A stretch of DNA of 64,000 nt from Eledone cirrhosa (Eukaryota): positions 20,894,001 to 20,958,000 of the forward strand of contig OZ024749.1 of NCBI GenBank assembly GCA_964016885.1, written 5' to 3'. Position numbers and translations under genes: made by a program. The notes under the pieces were generated by a model, which ran no database searches, was not told where the DNA came from, and saw only the letters and a program-made list of their open reading frames with translations. Positions 1-12,324 of the stretch are shown here, piece by piece (position 1 is the first letter of the stretch; every line of letters begins with the position of its first letter).

Positions 1-1295
1 AGAGAACTGGAAGAAACACCACAAGGTATTCCATCCTAACTGGCTATAACAATTACCAATGTGACAAGCAGATACTTTTTAGCACACAAGCATTTACTAC
101 ACGTTTCACTCATCAGGCAACCATATGTGTGCGTCTATACCCGGGTCTTGAGCACTCTAGTTTGAAATTAACACGGGAGGCTGACATGTGCCACCTTAAT
201 GCAAGGGAGATTCAGCGCAACAAAGCCAGCTGAAATAAAGTGCCTTGCCCAAGAATACAATGTACCATTAAGGATTGAACCCACATCCTTATGACCAGAA
301 GCTGAACACCATAACCATCACAGCATGCTTTACCAAACAAAGCTTATTGGTATTGGTATTTCATCTAAAACAATTGCTCAACCAACTGAAATTAATACAA
401 CCTCTACATGGTCACTTGACTTGTGAGAAATAGCAACCGAATTTCCCACAATTAACACTACCATTTTGAAAAAGGGTCAGACAACTCTAGTTATTGGTGA
501 GAAAAAAGGGGAACTTGGTTGGAATGTCTTCATCATAAGATTGCCCATCATCTGAGAGAGAGAGACAGCAAAATTGGAGGTGCCCCAGCATGACTTCAGT
601 CTGACAAACAAAAAACTGTAAGCAGGACAGGCTCCTTGAATCTAACCTTCCTTTACATGCAGAAAGAGCCCCCACCCAAACACACACCATTAGTAAAATT
701 ATCATTGAAATGTGACCCCTTACAAAATTCACAAACATTCCTTTCTGTAACAGATTAGGGATAGACAGAACGAGAGTGTGTGAGAAAGAGAGCGCGTGTG
801 TGTCAGAGAGAGAGAAGCATTTCCAGAGACAACAACAATCAGCCCATTCTTCAGTAATTGAAATGACAGTTCGTTAAGCGGATACGGAATTGACTTAATT
901 AGATAAGGAGATAGATAGAGAGACTGGTCAGTTGAGATGATATAAAGGAAAAGAAAGACAAAGGCAGTACATCTAAAAGGTGTTTAGAAAGAGAATAATT
1001 GATGTAGCTGTTAGTAACAAGAACAGAAAGACTAGGAGATATTAAGTACATCAAAGACAGACAAAAGACTGAAGAGGGTTAATAACAACAACAACAGTAA
1101 TAATAACAGTAACAATAACAGTAATGGTCATATAGAAAACAAAAAGCTGAGCATGCAGAGATATTAATTGAGAAAAATCATTGAACAAGCATAATTAGAA
1201 AAAGAGAAAGAGAAAAAGGATAATAAATAATAAATAGTAGTAGTAGTAGTGGTAGTTGTAGTAGTCGGGGTAATAGAGTTGGAAGAGAGACTTAC

Positions 1296-1316
1296 CTGGC
1301 GGGCCCACTCCAGGAG
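1296..1316 (-). CDS. PTBP1: PTB 21-nt linker microexon (APGVGPP)
   Basis: tttctcttgcttgtag|CT CCT GGA GTG GGC CCG CCA G|gtaagt; phase 1-1; GC-rich within AT-rich intron. Confidence 0.75.
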
Positions 1317-2025
1317 CTACAAGCAAGAGAAATGCAATAGAATCAGGCTAGAGCCTTGGAAAAAGAATTTGGTTTATTGAGAATGAAAAGACATGTCAAA
1401 GTTGAGAAACGGTAGGTGGGGGGGGGGGGGAGAGACAGATAGAAATAAGATAGGAGTGTTACCTGAAGAAGAATGTATTTAAGAAAGAATGAGACAGAGA
1501 CACCCTCCCTAGGTTTCTGTTTTTTTTTTCATTTTTTCTTCCTTTTTCTTCTTTTTTTTTTTTGCAAGACCAATATAGCATGCAAGATAGAAGAGACAAA
1601 AACCATGAAGGAAGACGAAGACGATCCAAGCAGAGGAGATAAGAATTCCAACAAACCCCCACTTGAAGTTAGAAGACAGAGAGACAGACAGAAGAATGAT
1701 ATGGTTAAAAAAAAAAAAAATAATTCAGAAAAAAAAAAAAGATGAAGAAGAAAACAGAAATTGTCGTTAATTCTTTAAAATTAAGACAAGAAAAAGAAAA
1801 AGAAGGATGTGGATTATTGAAAAACAGACATTGAGAAAGATTTAGCAAAACTTTATATCTCCACCACCACCATTTTTTCAAATGAATTAGCTTGATTGAA
1901 ACTGGTTTAAGTTTGTTTATCTAGCAGAGATATAGCCAGAAATAGTTTGTCAAATGAGCAAGCAAAGCTAAATCCATGCCATGAAGTACTTAAAACCAGG
2001 GTAGCAGTAATAGTAACAGTAGTAG

Positions 2026-2064
<39 letters not shown>

Positions 2065-2372
2065 CGCCTCTTGGATTATTATTTCATGTACAGAAGTCTT
2101 AAGAAATAACATTAATTATTAAACAAAAATATTAAATGCAAATAGCACACACAGAAAAAAAGAGACAGAGAGAGAATGTTCTTAAAAAATAAAAATAGTT
2201 GCGCTCCATAGAAGAAAGAGCAGAGTTGGGGAGAGATAGAGACAGAGAGAAAGATCCTTGAAAGACCAAACAGGAGAGAGATATTAGAAGCATGCACATT
2301 CACAAATACCACCCCGGCTAGTCAAAATTAAAAATGCTACACTACCAGAAGTGCAGATCTGCATATCAGCAC

Positions 2373-2495
2373 CAATATACTGCTGACTGGGGTCAGAAAG
2401 CAGCGTAGTCCCGGGTGCGGCACCAAATGTGGTTAGTGGGGCAGTTCCTAGGCCAGGCACAGCTGCAATTGTTGACGACAACACACCAGGGGAAC
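2373..2495 (-). CDS. PTBP1: PTB RRM2-RRM3 linker exon (GSPGVLSSTIAAVPGLGTAPLTTFGAAPGTTLLSDPSQQYI); 3' boundary uncertain
   Basis: GC-rich island with Ala/Gly/Pro-rich frame that is phase-1 compatible with the preceding exon. Weak aag acceptor; in-frame donor candidates end the exon at 2373, 2346 or 2310. Confidence 0.75.
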
Positions 2496-3079
2496 CTTGA
2501 CACATTCGTAAACAAGGGGCATGCGATTAATCCAACGCGTTAACAAAGTTTCACCAACTGGACTCTTGCGTACGTTCCATCTATAGTTGATTTCACAACG
2601 AGAAATTTTAAATATAAATATCCAATGACCAACCAATATTAAACACACTTAAGTGTGTGTGTGTATATATATATATATATTTATATAGATATATATATAA
2701 TATATAGAATCTAAATATGTATATTTTATTAGCTAGAATTTAAACTCTCAACATCCTGTAATGATTTGGCAGAAAATATCTAAAATCAGATTTTTTAATT
2801 CAAATGTTTATAGTAACTTTAGGAGTGGACTATCATAAATTTACAGTATTGGAGCAAAGACCAATTTCTTAACGACGCAGTCAGTGCTGTTTTATACTTG
2901 CCTATGTGCTACAGGACGTTAAGAGTTAAGTGTGTATATATTATGTATAGAATTTAAATGCACACTAATTTATTTATGAAAATTAGAAAAAAAAAAAAAA
3001 GGAAAGATTTCTTAGTATATATTAGATAAATACTAACAAACAATTTAGATGGAACATACGCTAAAAATATATATTTATG

Positions 3080-3115
<36 letters not shown>

Positions 3116-5341
3116 ATTTTTTTTTTTTTTTCCTTTTAAATTCAATTAACAGCCTGGCCAACTTTGCCCAAAAATATAATTCATTAGACAAATGACTTCA
3201 TGCAACATATACTTGCCAAAACAATATGTTGTGTCTGTATAGCAATAAGATGGGTTAAATTGATACCTTGATAAAAGGAGGAGGTAAAATGGAAGAGGAG
3301 GAAGAAGGAGATGGATTGGTGAAGGTAGGGAAGACTTGGATGGAGGAGGTATTTTAAAGCAAGTGAGCAAGAGCAACCAAGCACGGCGGTTCTTCTGCTT
3401 CCAGACTTCAAAGGCAGCCCAAGGCCAAATAAGGTGCACATATGAAAATATGATGATGACAAAGGATGATATTTTATATACATACACACGCACACACACA
3501 TTATATATATAAATAAAGAAGAGCAAAAAGCACAAGAGAGACAGAGACAGAAGTATAAAAAAGATTATCATTTCAATGTAAATATTATTACATATTCAGA
3601 TAGAAAAATACAAACACAAACATATATATATACATGTCTTTCTCTCTCTCTTGCTCACAAACATTCAAGTACATCGAGAGAAATGGCTTGAACAAGATTT
3701 CATGAGAGAAATGTTGAAGTAGAAACATGGAAACAAGAATTAATGGAAACATAAGAATTAATGAATTTGATTGAAATACAGATTATATATATATATATAT
3801 ATGGAACGTGTGTTTAGAAAACAGCGAGCGAATTTTGAAAATCAAACTAGATTTTGCCATTTTTTTTACTAAATAAATTAGTCTAATAATAACAGGGCAG
3901 TTAAATCCGCTGAATGGAAAAAGATGGCTATCAGATCTTATGGGAGTTGGTGCCCTTTCAGTGGGTTTAACTGCCCCATTATTATTAGAATTAGACTGTT
4001 TTATTTAGTCAAAGTTATGCTGAAATCTAATTCAACTATCATACATTATATACATATATCATATATATACACAGAGATGAAATGGAGGATGAAAAAACAA
4101 AGAAAAACCATCTACAGAAATGGTTTATTTTAATTAGTATGGAGGTGCCTCACAGAAGCCATGAAACATACTGGGCTTAAACTTTAAAAATAGAACAAAT
4201 AAAGACTAAAACAATCTACCAATTACTTAAAATATTATTAGATTAGAAAAATAAACATTTTTAACAATTACAAACTAACGAATAATTCCCATATATATAT
4301 ATATATATATATATATTGTGGACCCTTTGGTAGCAAATACTTTTCCATACAAAAATCAAAAACCAAGATAATAAAATGTGTGTGGTGTGTGTGCGTGCGT
4401 GCATGTATATATATATATTTACAATTTCCGGTTGAATTCCACCAGTACGGGCTGTAAAAGTTGGTCCTCCAAGCCAATGAAATGTATGTTCCTGGTATGG
4501 CTCTGTTCCAGTAACTGGCCTTAATAATTAAAACTCGTCATATGGCCCTGAGTTGCTCTCTACCAAGTTATTATTATAAATATATTGCCCAGTCCACACT
4601 ATAAAGTAGTCGTGTAGGTGTCATGACAAAAAGCACCCAGCACACACTGTAAACGTGGTTGGCATTAGAAAGGGCATCCAGCTGTAGAACCCAGGCAAAA
4701 ATCAGCCTGATGTGAGCGAAACATGGTCATCAGACCTGATCTCTCCCAAAGGGACAGCCCATCCTACCAATGCTTGCATGGAAAATGGACGTTAAACAAT
4801 GATGATGATGATGATGATACCATAGTCATTTGGTAATGAAAAGTCCAAGAATAAAAGCCGAGATCATGAAAGAATGCTTTCCATTCTGTAGATTTATTCT
4901 GGCAGTTTCTTAACCTTGTCGTAGAATCATTGCATTGTTATAATTTTATGCATTTGTTTTTATCATTAATTTGTGTCAACTTTCAGAGATGCTTCGGGTG
5001 CAGTCTTTTGGAATTTGTTGGGGATTCAGAACAAATTGTCCCGCCTTCTAAATACATTTATTTTAATTGAATGTGGTAAAGATTTAGCTAGACAGATTTT
5101 ATGAGCAAAAACCAACTGGCAGGATAAAGACCTAGCTGGATCAATTGGAGACTGTACCTTCTGAGAAGACCCAATGGAAGGAATGTTTTGAACACTGCCT
5201 TATAACACTCATTGGAATAAGTGGGCCAAGAAGATGTAGATGTGGTAACGAGTTTTTGTCACAGGATATGTGGTTTTGGAGTGAATTAAATTTGTTTCCA
5301 AAGGGCTGACTATATATATATATATGTATACACACACACAC

Positions 5342-5530
5342 ACGAGGGGGTGCTGAAAGTTCTTGGCTTTAAAAGTATCGCAAAAGGGTAGAGCTGTTAC
5401 TTTTAGAGGAGGTAGGACTTTTGCAATAGGTATGTGAATCTGAGAAGGGGATATGTTGGATATCATAATTAACTGATCCCCCTGAATTTTCTTTTACACA
5501 AAAGCCAGGAACTTTTCAACACCACCTCGT
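5342..5530. mobile_element. Mariner-type MITE
   Basis: TIRs ACGAGGGGGTGCTGAAAGTTCTTGGCTTT and AAAGCCAGGAACTTTTCAACACCACCTCGT, beside TA/CA repeats. Confidence 0.75.
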
Positions 5531-5591
5531 ATATATATAACAAGAATAACATAACTGATATTTTAATGTAGTGGAATGGAACTGTACTTAC

Positions 5592-5754
5592 CAAAGGTCA
5601 AGGCTTGATCGACGGAGGCATCGCCAGCAGGAAGGCTGGGGTTGGTATAGTCGCGACTCTTCTCATTATTATATTTCACATTCAGACTAGTCATTTTGGA
5701 GTAATCAATCCTCATAGTACAGCACCCATTGTAGATGTTCTGACCATCCAATGT
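5592..5754 (-). CDS. PTBP1: PTB exon, RRM2 end ([20 protein letters not shown]...[22 protein letters not shown])
   Basis: ctttctag acceptor and G|gtaagt donor; 163 nt, phase 0-1; contains the diagnostic PTB motif. Confidence 0.97.
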
Positions 5755-6026
5755 CTAGAAAGAGGAAAAGATAATGAGAATGGGGGAGGAGGGACTTAGA
5801 GAGAAGTGGACAAGAGTTCAGACCATCATCTCCTATGTACATTAAAATGAATATAAATTTATAAACCTTTGTAGTAAAGTATGTGTCAGAAACTTTAAGA
5901 TTCTTTTCTTACTATATCAAGCATTAAACCAATATAATTCTTCATTGTATTGTGCTGTTTACTTTGTCATTTGTTTACGTTTTGCATATATACATATTTA
6001 TGTATATATGTATGACAAAACTTCCT

Positions 6027-6217
6027 TTAACCCCTTTAGCATTTAAATCAGCCATATTCGGCAAGAATTCTATCACCTCTTTCTGTTCAAGCCGGCCATA
6101 ACTGGCTGCACATACTTATGTTAAGGTATTGTTCTCAAAATAATATCAAAATCTTGTAGAAGCGATATTAGGCAAGATAAATGTAAAAATAGGGTAATGT
6201 AAATGCTAAAGGGTTAA
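6027..6217. mobile_element. piggyBac-type MITE (TTAA-flanked); further copies at 14357-14572, 53239-53445, 61566-61772, 60841-61411 and near 8.4, 60.0 and 63.6 kb
   Basis: TTAA-CCC(C)TTTAGCATTTA...TAAATGCTAAAGGG-TTAA termini with a shared internal sequence. Confidence 0.75.
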
Positions 6218-6958
6218 CATGTCACAGTTTAAGGGTTTATCTGCCTCATGGTCCCAGTGGACAGAATGGAGAAGACATTGCCCCGAGGATGGCGAGCGAG
6301 ACGTGCTGGAATAACCAACTTTGCCCCAATATAAGTGAATAGGGATGTGGTCTGCGGGATAAGGATGCCTGAAGTCTATACTGCCACCTCAGTCATTAAA
6401 CTGGGATCATGCTTGGGCTACCACCCCAAAGGGATTTAGTTGAACATATTTAGCCCAGTATTTGTTTTATCAACAGTTAACGGAACATAAACAGTAAATG
6501 TAAATATAGACATAGACACACACACATGTATACAACAGGTTTTTACAGTTTCTGCCTACCAAATTTCACTCATTGGCTGCATTGGAGATAACCCAAAAGC
6601 CACATGGCCATGCTTGCACCTCCAAACCATATGAATGCATACATCATACATCAATTACTATAATTGGTTAACTAATGAAGGAAGCTGGGAATTAAACAAA
6701 ACACTCAAGCTTTAGAACATTGCTCCCAGTTAAGTGCAGCAAGCTGGAATGCCTCCCAGTTAACAAATGCAGCAGGCTGCAATCCCTTCCACTCACTCAA
6801 TCTCCCCAAACCTAGTCAGTGGCTTAACTGTTATCTACAGAGACACCCACTATTATCTCTCACGGTCGTCTATACACATACAATCAGTTACTACCAATTA
6901 CAAGAGTAAAAAAGCCCATTAGAGGCCACGATATGGGAATATTTAAAACTGTACTCAC

Positions 6959-7017
6959 CATTCTGGCACTTCTTGCACTGACTGGGTCACTAAACTGTAT
7001 GACGGCCTGATAGGTGT
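6959..7017 (-). CDS. PTBP1: PTB exon, RRM2 (NTYQAVIQFSDPVSARSARM)
   Basis: ttcattccag acceptor and ATG|gtgagt donor; 59 nt, phase 1-0. Confidence 0.95.
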
Positions 7018-7469
7018 CTGGAATGAAGAAGGTGAAAATATGAGAAACATGTCAAGGAATGTACAGACATCTATAAAGGTTTGCTAACCCCTTTCTGTTA
7101 CAGCCCCCACCAAATACAAGAGATTGTGCTTAAACCTGTAAGGTGTAGTGTGTGTGTATGCTATTTAGCTTCACTAGACCCACTCCTATCTACAGCTATG
7201 TATGTGTGTGACACAATGAAAAAGTCAGTACCCAGTCCAACATATCAGTTGCTGGTTTTGGTGTCACAATAAAAAGCACTCAGTCGATGCTGTAAACGTG
7301 GTTGCTATTCGGAAGGGCATCCAGCCATAGAAACCTACCATGAAATAGTTCTGTATGAGGTCACATGACAGGGTCACCAGCCTGACTTGTCTCACGAGAC
7401 AACCCTAATGCTATGCAAGCGTGGAAAAAAAAACTGTTAAATGATGATGATACATATATGTGGGTAATC

Positions 7470-7767
7470 TGGGTAGTCACGAATTGCCATGGGATTAGCA
7501 CCTAGAAAGTTCCCCTCTGAGGTACATGTCCAGGCAAGGTTGTTTATGGAAGACCACCAGTCACCCCTCTTCATGCCACTGATGTTGTCCAAGGGAAAGG
7601 CAATGGCCAATACAGCTTGGCACCAGTGACCTGCAACCCAGCTGAGTAAACCAGAGCAACATGAAATAAAGTGTCTTGCCCAAGAACAACACACAGCCAG
7701 GTCCAGGAATTGAAATAACTTCACAATTGTAAGCCCAATGATCTAACCACTAAGCCATGTGCCTTCA
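7470..7767 (-). mobile_element. tRNA-derived SINE related to family 1 (different body; another copy at about 11040-11540)
   Basis: Same GGCACATGGCTTAGTGG head and CAAGACACTTTATTTCA..TTGCTC core. Confidence 0.7.
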
Positions 7768-7905
7768 ATATATATAGTATGGGTTGATGGGAAAATCCAT
7801 TTCAATAAAGGAGTCCTCAGTAAAAGTCTGATAACCACTGTACCAACCAACCAAACCAACCCTTTCTACACCAAATCAAGAACTTAAAAGAAATGATATA
7901 CTCAC

Positions 7906-7957
7906 TATTTTTTGTAAATGTAATAATTTTCTGAATTGTCCCAAATTTACAAAATAT
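7906..7957 (-). CDS. PTBP1: PTB exon, RRM2 (IFCKFGTIQKIITFTKN)
   Basis: ttttcag acceptor and A|gtgagt donor; 52 nt, phase 0-1. Confidence 0.95.
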
Positions 7958-8643
7958 CTGAAAATAAGAGAAGTATGTTCAGTGGTAGTGGTCATATAGA
8001 TTGATTAAAATATATATTTTAAAACAGGTTTTGTTAAATTTAAAGTGTTTATACTGTCTTTACTAGTGGACAGAAAAGACTTTAGTTTCTAATGAAATGC
8101 AACTATCAATACTGTTTTGTACTTTTCAAAAATGTCTTGCTGGTGTGGTTTGTTAATCCTGAAATTTATAGTATCTTTATTAGTGGACAAATTGTGAAAA
8201 TTTGCAGTGTTTATGAATGTTTATTGGTGTGGTTTGTTAATTAAAATGTTTAACAGTATCTTTGGTGAACAGATTGTTGTGAAAATTTGCAATATTCAAA
8301 TATTCAAGTAAAGACTTCAGTTTTTAATGTGAAGTCAGTGTTTTGTACTTTTCAAGAATGTCTTGTTGATCCTTTAGCATTTACATTACTCTTTATTATT
8401 ATATTTTCATCTCTCACAATATTGAATCTATGAGATTTTGATATTTATTTTGAGAACAATACCTTAAGATGCGTATGAGTAGCCGGTTACAACCATTTAA
8501 GAGGTGAGATAATTTTGGCCAGATATGGCCAGTTTAAATACTAAAGGGCTAATGTAGTTTTATGTGGTACAACAAGATATTAAGAATTAAATGAATTGTG
8601 GTTGAGAAACAACAGTGGTTAAAAGTTAAGTTTTGTTTCTTAC

Positions 8644-8775
8644 CTGATAGAGAATGTCTATGTTGATTTGGAACACCATGTTATCTATAATAACTCTTAG
8701 AATTGTCTTGTTCATTTCCTCTGGACTTCCCATGATAGCCTGGGCAGCCTGGAGAGCTGCCTGAGTATTTGTGTT
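8644..8775 (-). CDS. PTBP1: PTB exon, RRM1-2 linker and RRM2 start (NTNTQAALQAAQA...ILRVIIDNMVFQINIDILYQ)
   Basis: tttccag acceptor and CAG|gtaaga donor; 132 nt, phase 0-0. Confidence 0.95.
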
Positions 8776-9460
8776 CTGGAAATAAACATTTCAGGAATAA
8801 ATACACAAATATAAAGAAAACCACACAAACACAAATCTACAATAATCGTTTGAACACAAGGCGGAGAATAAATGTTCACACAAACACTTCTTGCAAGGTT
8901 GCTATACTATCAGATACACACACACACTATCACAAGAGACACAAATACAAACTTCTTGCATGTATCACAAAAGACTGTCACACTATCACAAGAGAAATAC
9001 ACACAATTCTTGCATATATCACACAAAATATTGTCACTACCACAAGAAACAACTAAACAGTCACACACACATATCACAAGACTGTCACATTACCACAAGA
9101 TAGACACACACATGCATACCACATTCTTGGTATCACACATTTTTAATTTCAACTGTTCTGGAAAATATGGTTTGACACTGGAAAAAAAAAAAAAAGACAA
9201 AAATGTGGAATGTGTGTGTGTGTAAGGAGTGGGTGAAGAAGTCACAACAGGAATCAAAAGTGATTTAATAGGAAGACCACAGCTAGCCAACTAGGGTGGG
9301 AGTGGTGGACATGTAGCAAACTTGGTAAGGATGTGATACATGAGATGAAGTAAAGGTTTGTAGAAGTAGATGAACATGCAGTGAACATGTTTGGCAAGGG
9401 TATGATGAGGTAGAATTAGTAGGGGATGTGCCACATGAGAAAAAGTAAAAGCTAGAAGTG

Positions 9461-9640
9461 AACATGTGGTGGGCTTACTTGGCATGGACAAGTGCTTACA
9501 TGAGGCTAACAAGTGGTAGGCTTACTTGGCATGGGCGAGGACTACACGAGGCTAACACGTGGTAGGCTTACTTGGCATGGGTGAATGCTACATGAGGCTA
9601 ACATGTGGTAAACTTACCTGGTAAGGATGTGCTACGTCTA
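9461..9640. repeat. 46-47-bp tandem repeat overlapping a PTB exon/intron junction
   Basis: AACATGTGGTAGGCTTACTTGGCATGGGTGAATGCTACATGAGGCT-like unit x3 plus the native junction copy. Confidence 0.85.
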
Positions 9641-9764
9641 TTTTCAACTCCTTGTGGTTGGAAAACTGGACATAGACATCTTTGTTACGTACTCTAGGTT
9701 TCTCGTTTGTGTAATACAACACCATGGATTCGGACTGTTTCTCATCAGAGAATTCCATGAAAGC
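9618..9764 (-). CDS. PTBP1: PTB exon, RRM1 second half (AFMEFSDEKQ...VYVQFSNHKELKIDVAHPYQ)
   Basis: tttgtag acceptor and CAG|gtaagt donor; 147 nt, phase 0-0. Confidence 0.95.
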
Positions 9765-10420
9765 CTACAAACAGACAAACAAAAATAATATATAAATACA
9801 TAAACGTTTCAAGGAATAATGAATCTAATAAGGGCTGGGAAAATAAAGATATATAATCTCATGGGTGTCTTCTAATATAAACTTGGGTTGAAAAATACCT
9901 TGTGAGATTTGGTAAATAGAAAACGGCAAAAAATTGTTGCATGTGTACACACACACAGACTCATTTAGTACTGATGGCTGTGAGAATGAGTACTCAATAC
10001 CATAAGAGATTGGCAATATTACATTATGGTCTTAGACTTGTCAAGCTGGTGCTTATCCCAGTTTTCATTGGCTTCAAGTGACAGAGTACAAGACAACCCT
10101 ACATCCCTGGACATGATGCTAGTCCACTGCAGGGTGTACTGGAACATGAAATGAAGCATTTTGCCCAAGAACACAATGCATAAACCCATGCAGGAATCAA
10201 ACCCCCTAACCACTAGGCCACTTATGTTCTCAGTTCAAACACCATTGAGGTTAGCTTTGCCTGTCATCCTTACAGGGTTGATAAAATAAAGTACCAGAAA
10301 CACACTGGGGTTGATTTAATCGACTTTCCACTCCCCCCAAAATTGGGGGCCTCGTGCTTAAACCAGAAACCCTTATTTTTATTATTATTAATATTATGTT
10401 AGGTGAGGTGAGGTGCGTAC

Positions 10421-10570
10421 CTGATTCTTTTGCTTCAACAGTAGAAAATTGGTAATACGGCCAAATGGCATGCCAAGGGGAATAACATCTTGGTCTGTTG
10501 CTTCTCCCGGTAGACCACGTAAGTGCACCACTTTAGACACTGTGGCTGCCTGGCTTTGCTCCAATTTTAC
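10421..10570 (-). CDS. PTBP1: PTB exon, RRM1 first half (VKLEQ...VVHLRGLPGEATDQDVIPLGMPFGRITNFLLLKQKNQ)
   Basis: tttttcctag acceptor and CAG|gtacgc donor; 150 nt, phase 0-0. Confidence 0.95.
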
Positions 10571-10722
10571 CTAGGAAAAATGGTTGAAAACAAGAAATAC
10601 AACATCAAAATCAACAACAATAAACAAACACTCTCACACACACACTGTACTTCATTATTTCTGGAGAAAACATCAATAGACAAACTGTTTTAGTTATTAA
10701 CAAGAATTCATTCATTCATCTC

Positions 10723-10753
<31 letters not shown>

Positions 10754-11099
10754 AAAATAGTAGATTCAGACACATTTGAAAGTAAACCGAGATAGAATTT
10801 AATTATACAAATACAAATTAGGCAAACAGAATCTAGAAACCCCCGTCATCACCATAACCCCTGCCACCACTACAACAACAACCATCATTATCACTACTAC
10901 AACCATCACCACAACCACTAACATCCCAACTTAATCCTAGTCTCTTCACTGCCAACAAATAAACCCAGGGGTAAAACAAGTTTGTGTGTATATGGGTTAT
11001 ACAGAACTGTTATAAAAAAAAGGTAAAATAAAGACCCTTTGAGATAAGCCTGGACAAGCAAGGTATTTTTGGGGAAGACTAGCAGTTGCCTATGCATAC

Positions 11100-11410
11100 C
11101 TGTCTCCCCTCTCCACAACACCGATGATGTTGTCCAAGGGGAGAGCAAAGGCTGATACAGCCTGGCCTCAGTGACGTCACAAAAGTCTCCTCTCTCCACG
11201 ACATTGATGTTGCTCAAGGGGAGAGCAAAGGCTGATACAGCCTAGCCTCAGTGGCGTCACAAAAGTCTCCTCTCTCCACGACACCGATGTTGTCTGAGGG
11301 AAAGGCAAAGGCCGATATAGCTTGCCACCAGTGACGTCACAACAGTCTCCCCTCTCCACAACACTGATGTCCAAGGGAAAGGCAAACACCAACGCAGTTT
11401 AGTACCAGTG
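11100..11410. repeat. ~80-bp tandem repeat x4 inside a SINE
   Basis: GTCTCCYCTCTCCACRACAYYGATGTTG..AAAGGCTGATACAGC..CAGTGACGTCACAA repeated. Confidence 0.8.
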
Positions 11411-12120
11411 ACATTGCAACTCATTTCTACAGTAGAGTGAACTGGAGCAACATGAAATAAAGTGTCTTGCACGACCTGGTTGGTCCAGCTATTTAACTCA
11501 CAACCTCACAATTGCAAACCCAACACTCTAGCTAACCCACTTATGAAATATTGAGAACAGTTTGTGAGGTGAATGGATATGAGAAAATGTTTTATGTTCA
11601 TATTATTTATCATTAGTACATTAGTTAACCCATATTGTACCAAACAACCCCAATTGCTTATTTTAAATGGCTTATATTCATTTCAAAACCTGTCACTGTA
11701 ATTTTATGTAATAAACTTTATGAAGTTATATGTTCCAAGCAACAGCTTTAATGAGAAAAATCAGTTATATTACTAAATCTCTGAAATTCTATATTTTCAA
11801 AATCACTTGAAAATCATAGGCAGTGTATTTTGTTAGAAATATGGTAATGAAAGGGTTAAAGACAGGCAGTATTTCTCACTAGAAATATGGTAATGAAGGG
11901 CCTAAACCAAACTAAACTGGTTCTTCTAAATCTAAACACAACCAACCACCAGTTCTCTTTAGTTAGTACACAAACTACTTACACAAGTAAACCTCCAACA
12001 CTTACAAATAACACCCAACTTACCCACATTATACACACACACACACACAGGAATTCCAGACATTAATAATATATATAATTTGATACAGCAGCAGCAATAA
12101 CTAAAATGATAAGTTGTATG

Positions 12121-12155
<35 letters not shown>

Positions 12156-12324
12156 GGGGGAGGGGGTTTAATATGTAAACATAACAGCATGGAGATATAG
12201 TTTCAGTTCACAGCTATTTCATAACAGCTACCTACACACACACAGTACATAGAGACACTGCCACCAGCTCTAGTGTGTGTGTATAAATGTAAGTATGCAC
12301 ACGTACACATATATACGCATGGAC

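Noticed and set aside
100-120. CTGATGAGTGAAACGT on the minus strand, resembling a hammerhead core
   Set aside because: Only 2 nt between CUGAUGA and GAAA, so no stem II, and no convincing stem I; similar to SINE-derived sequence near 6560.
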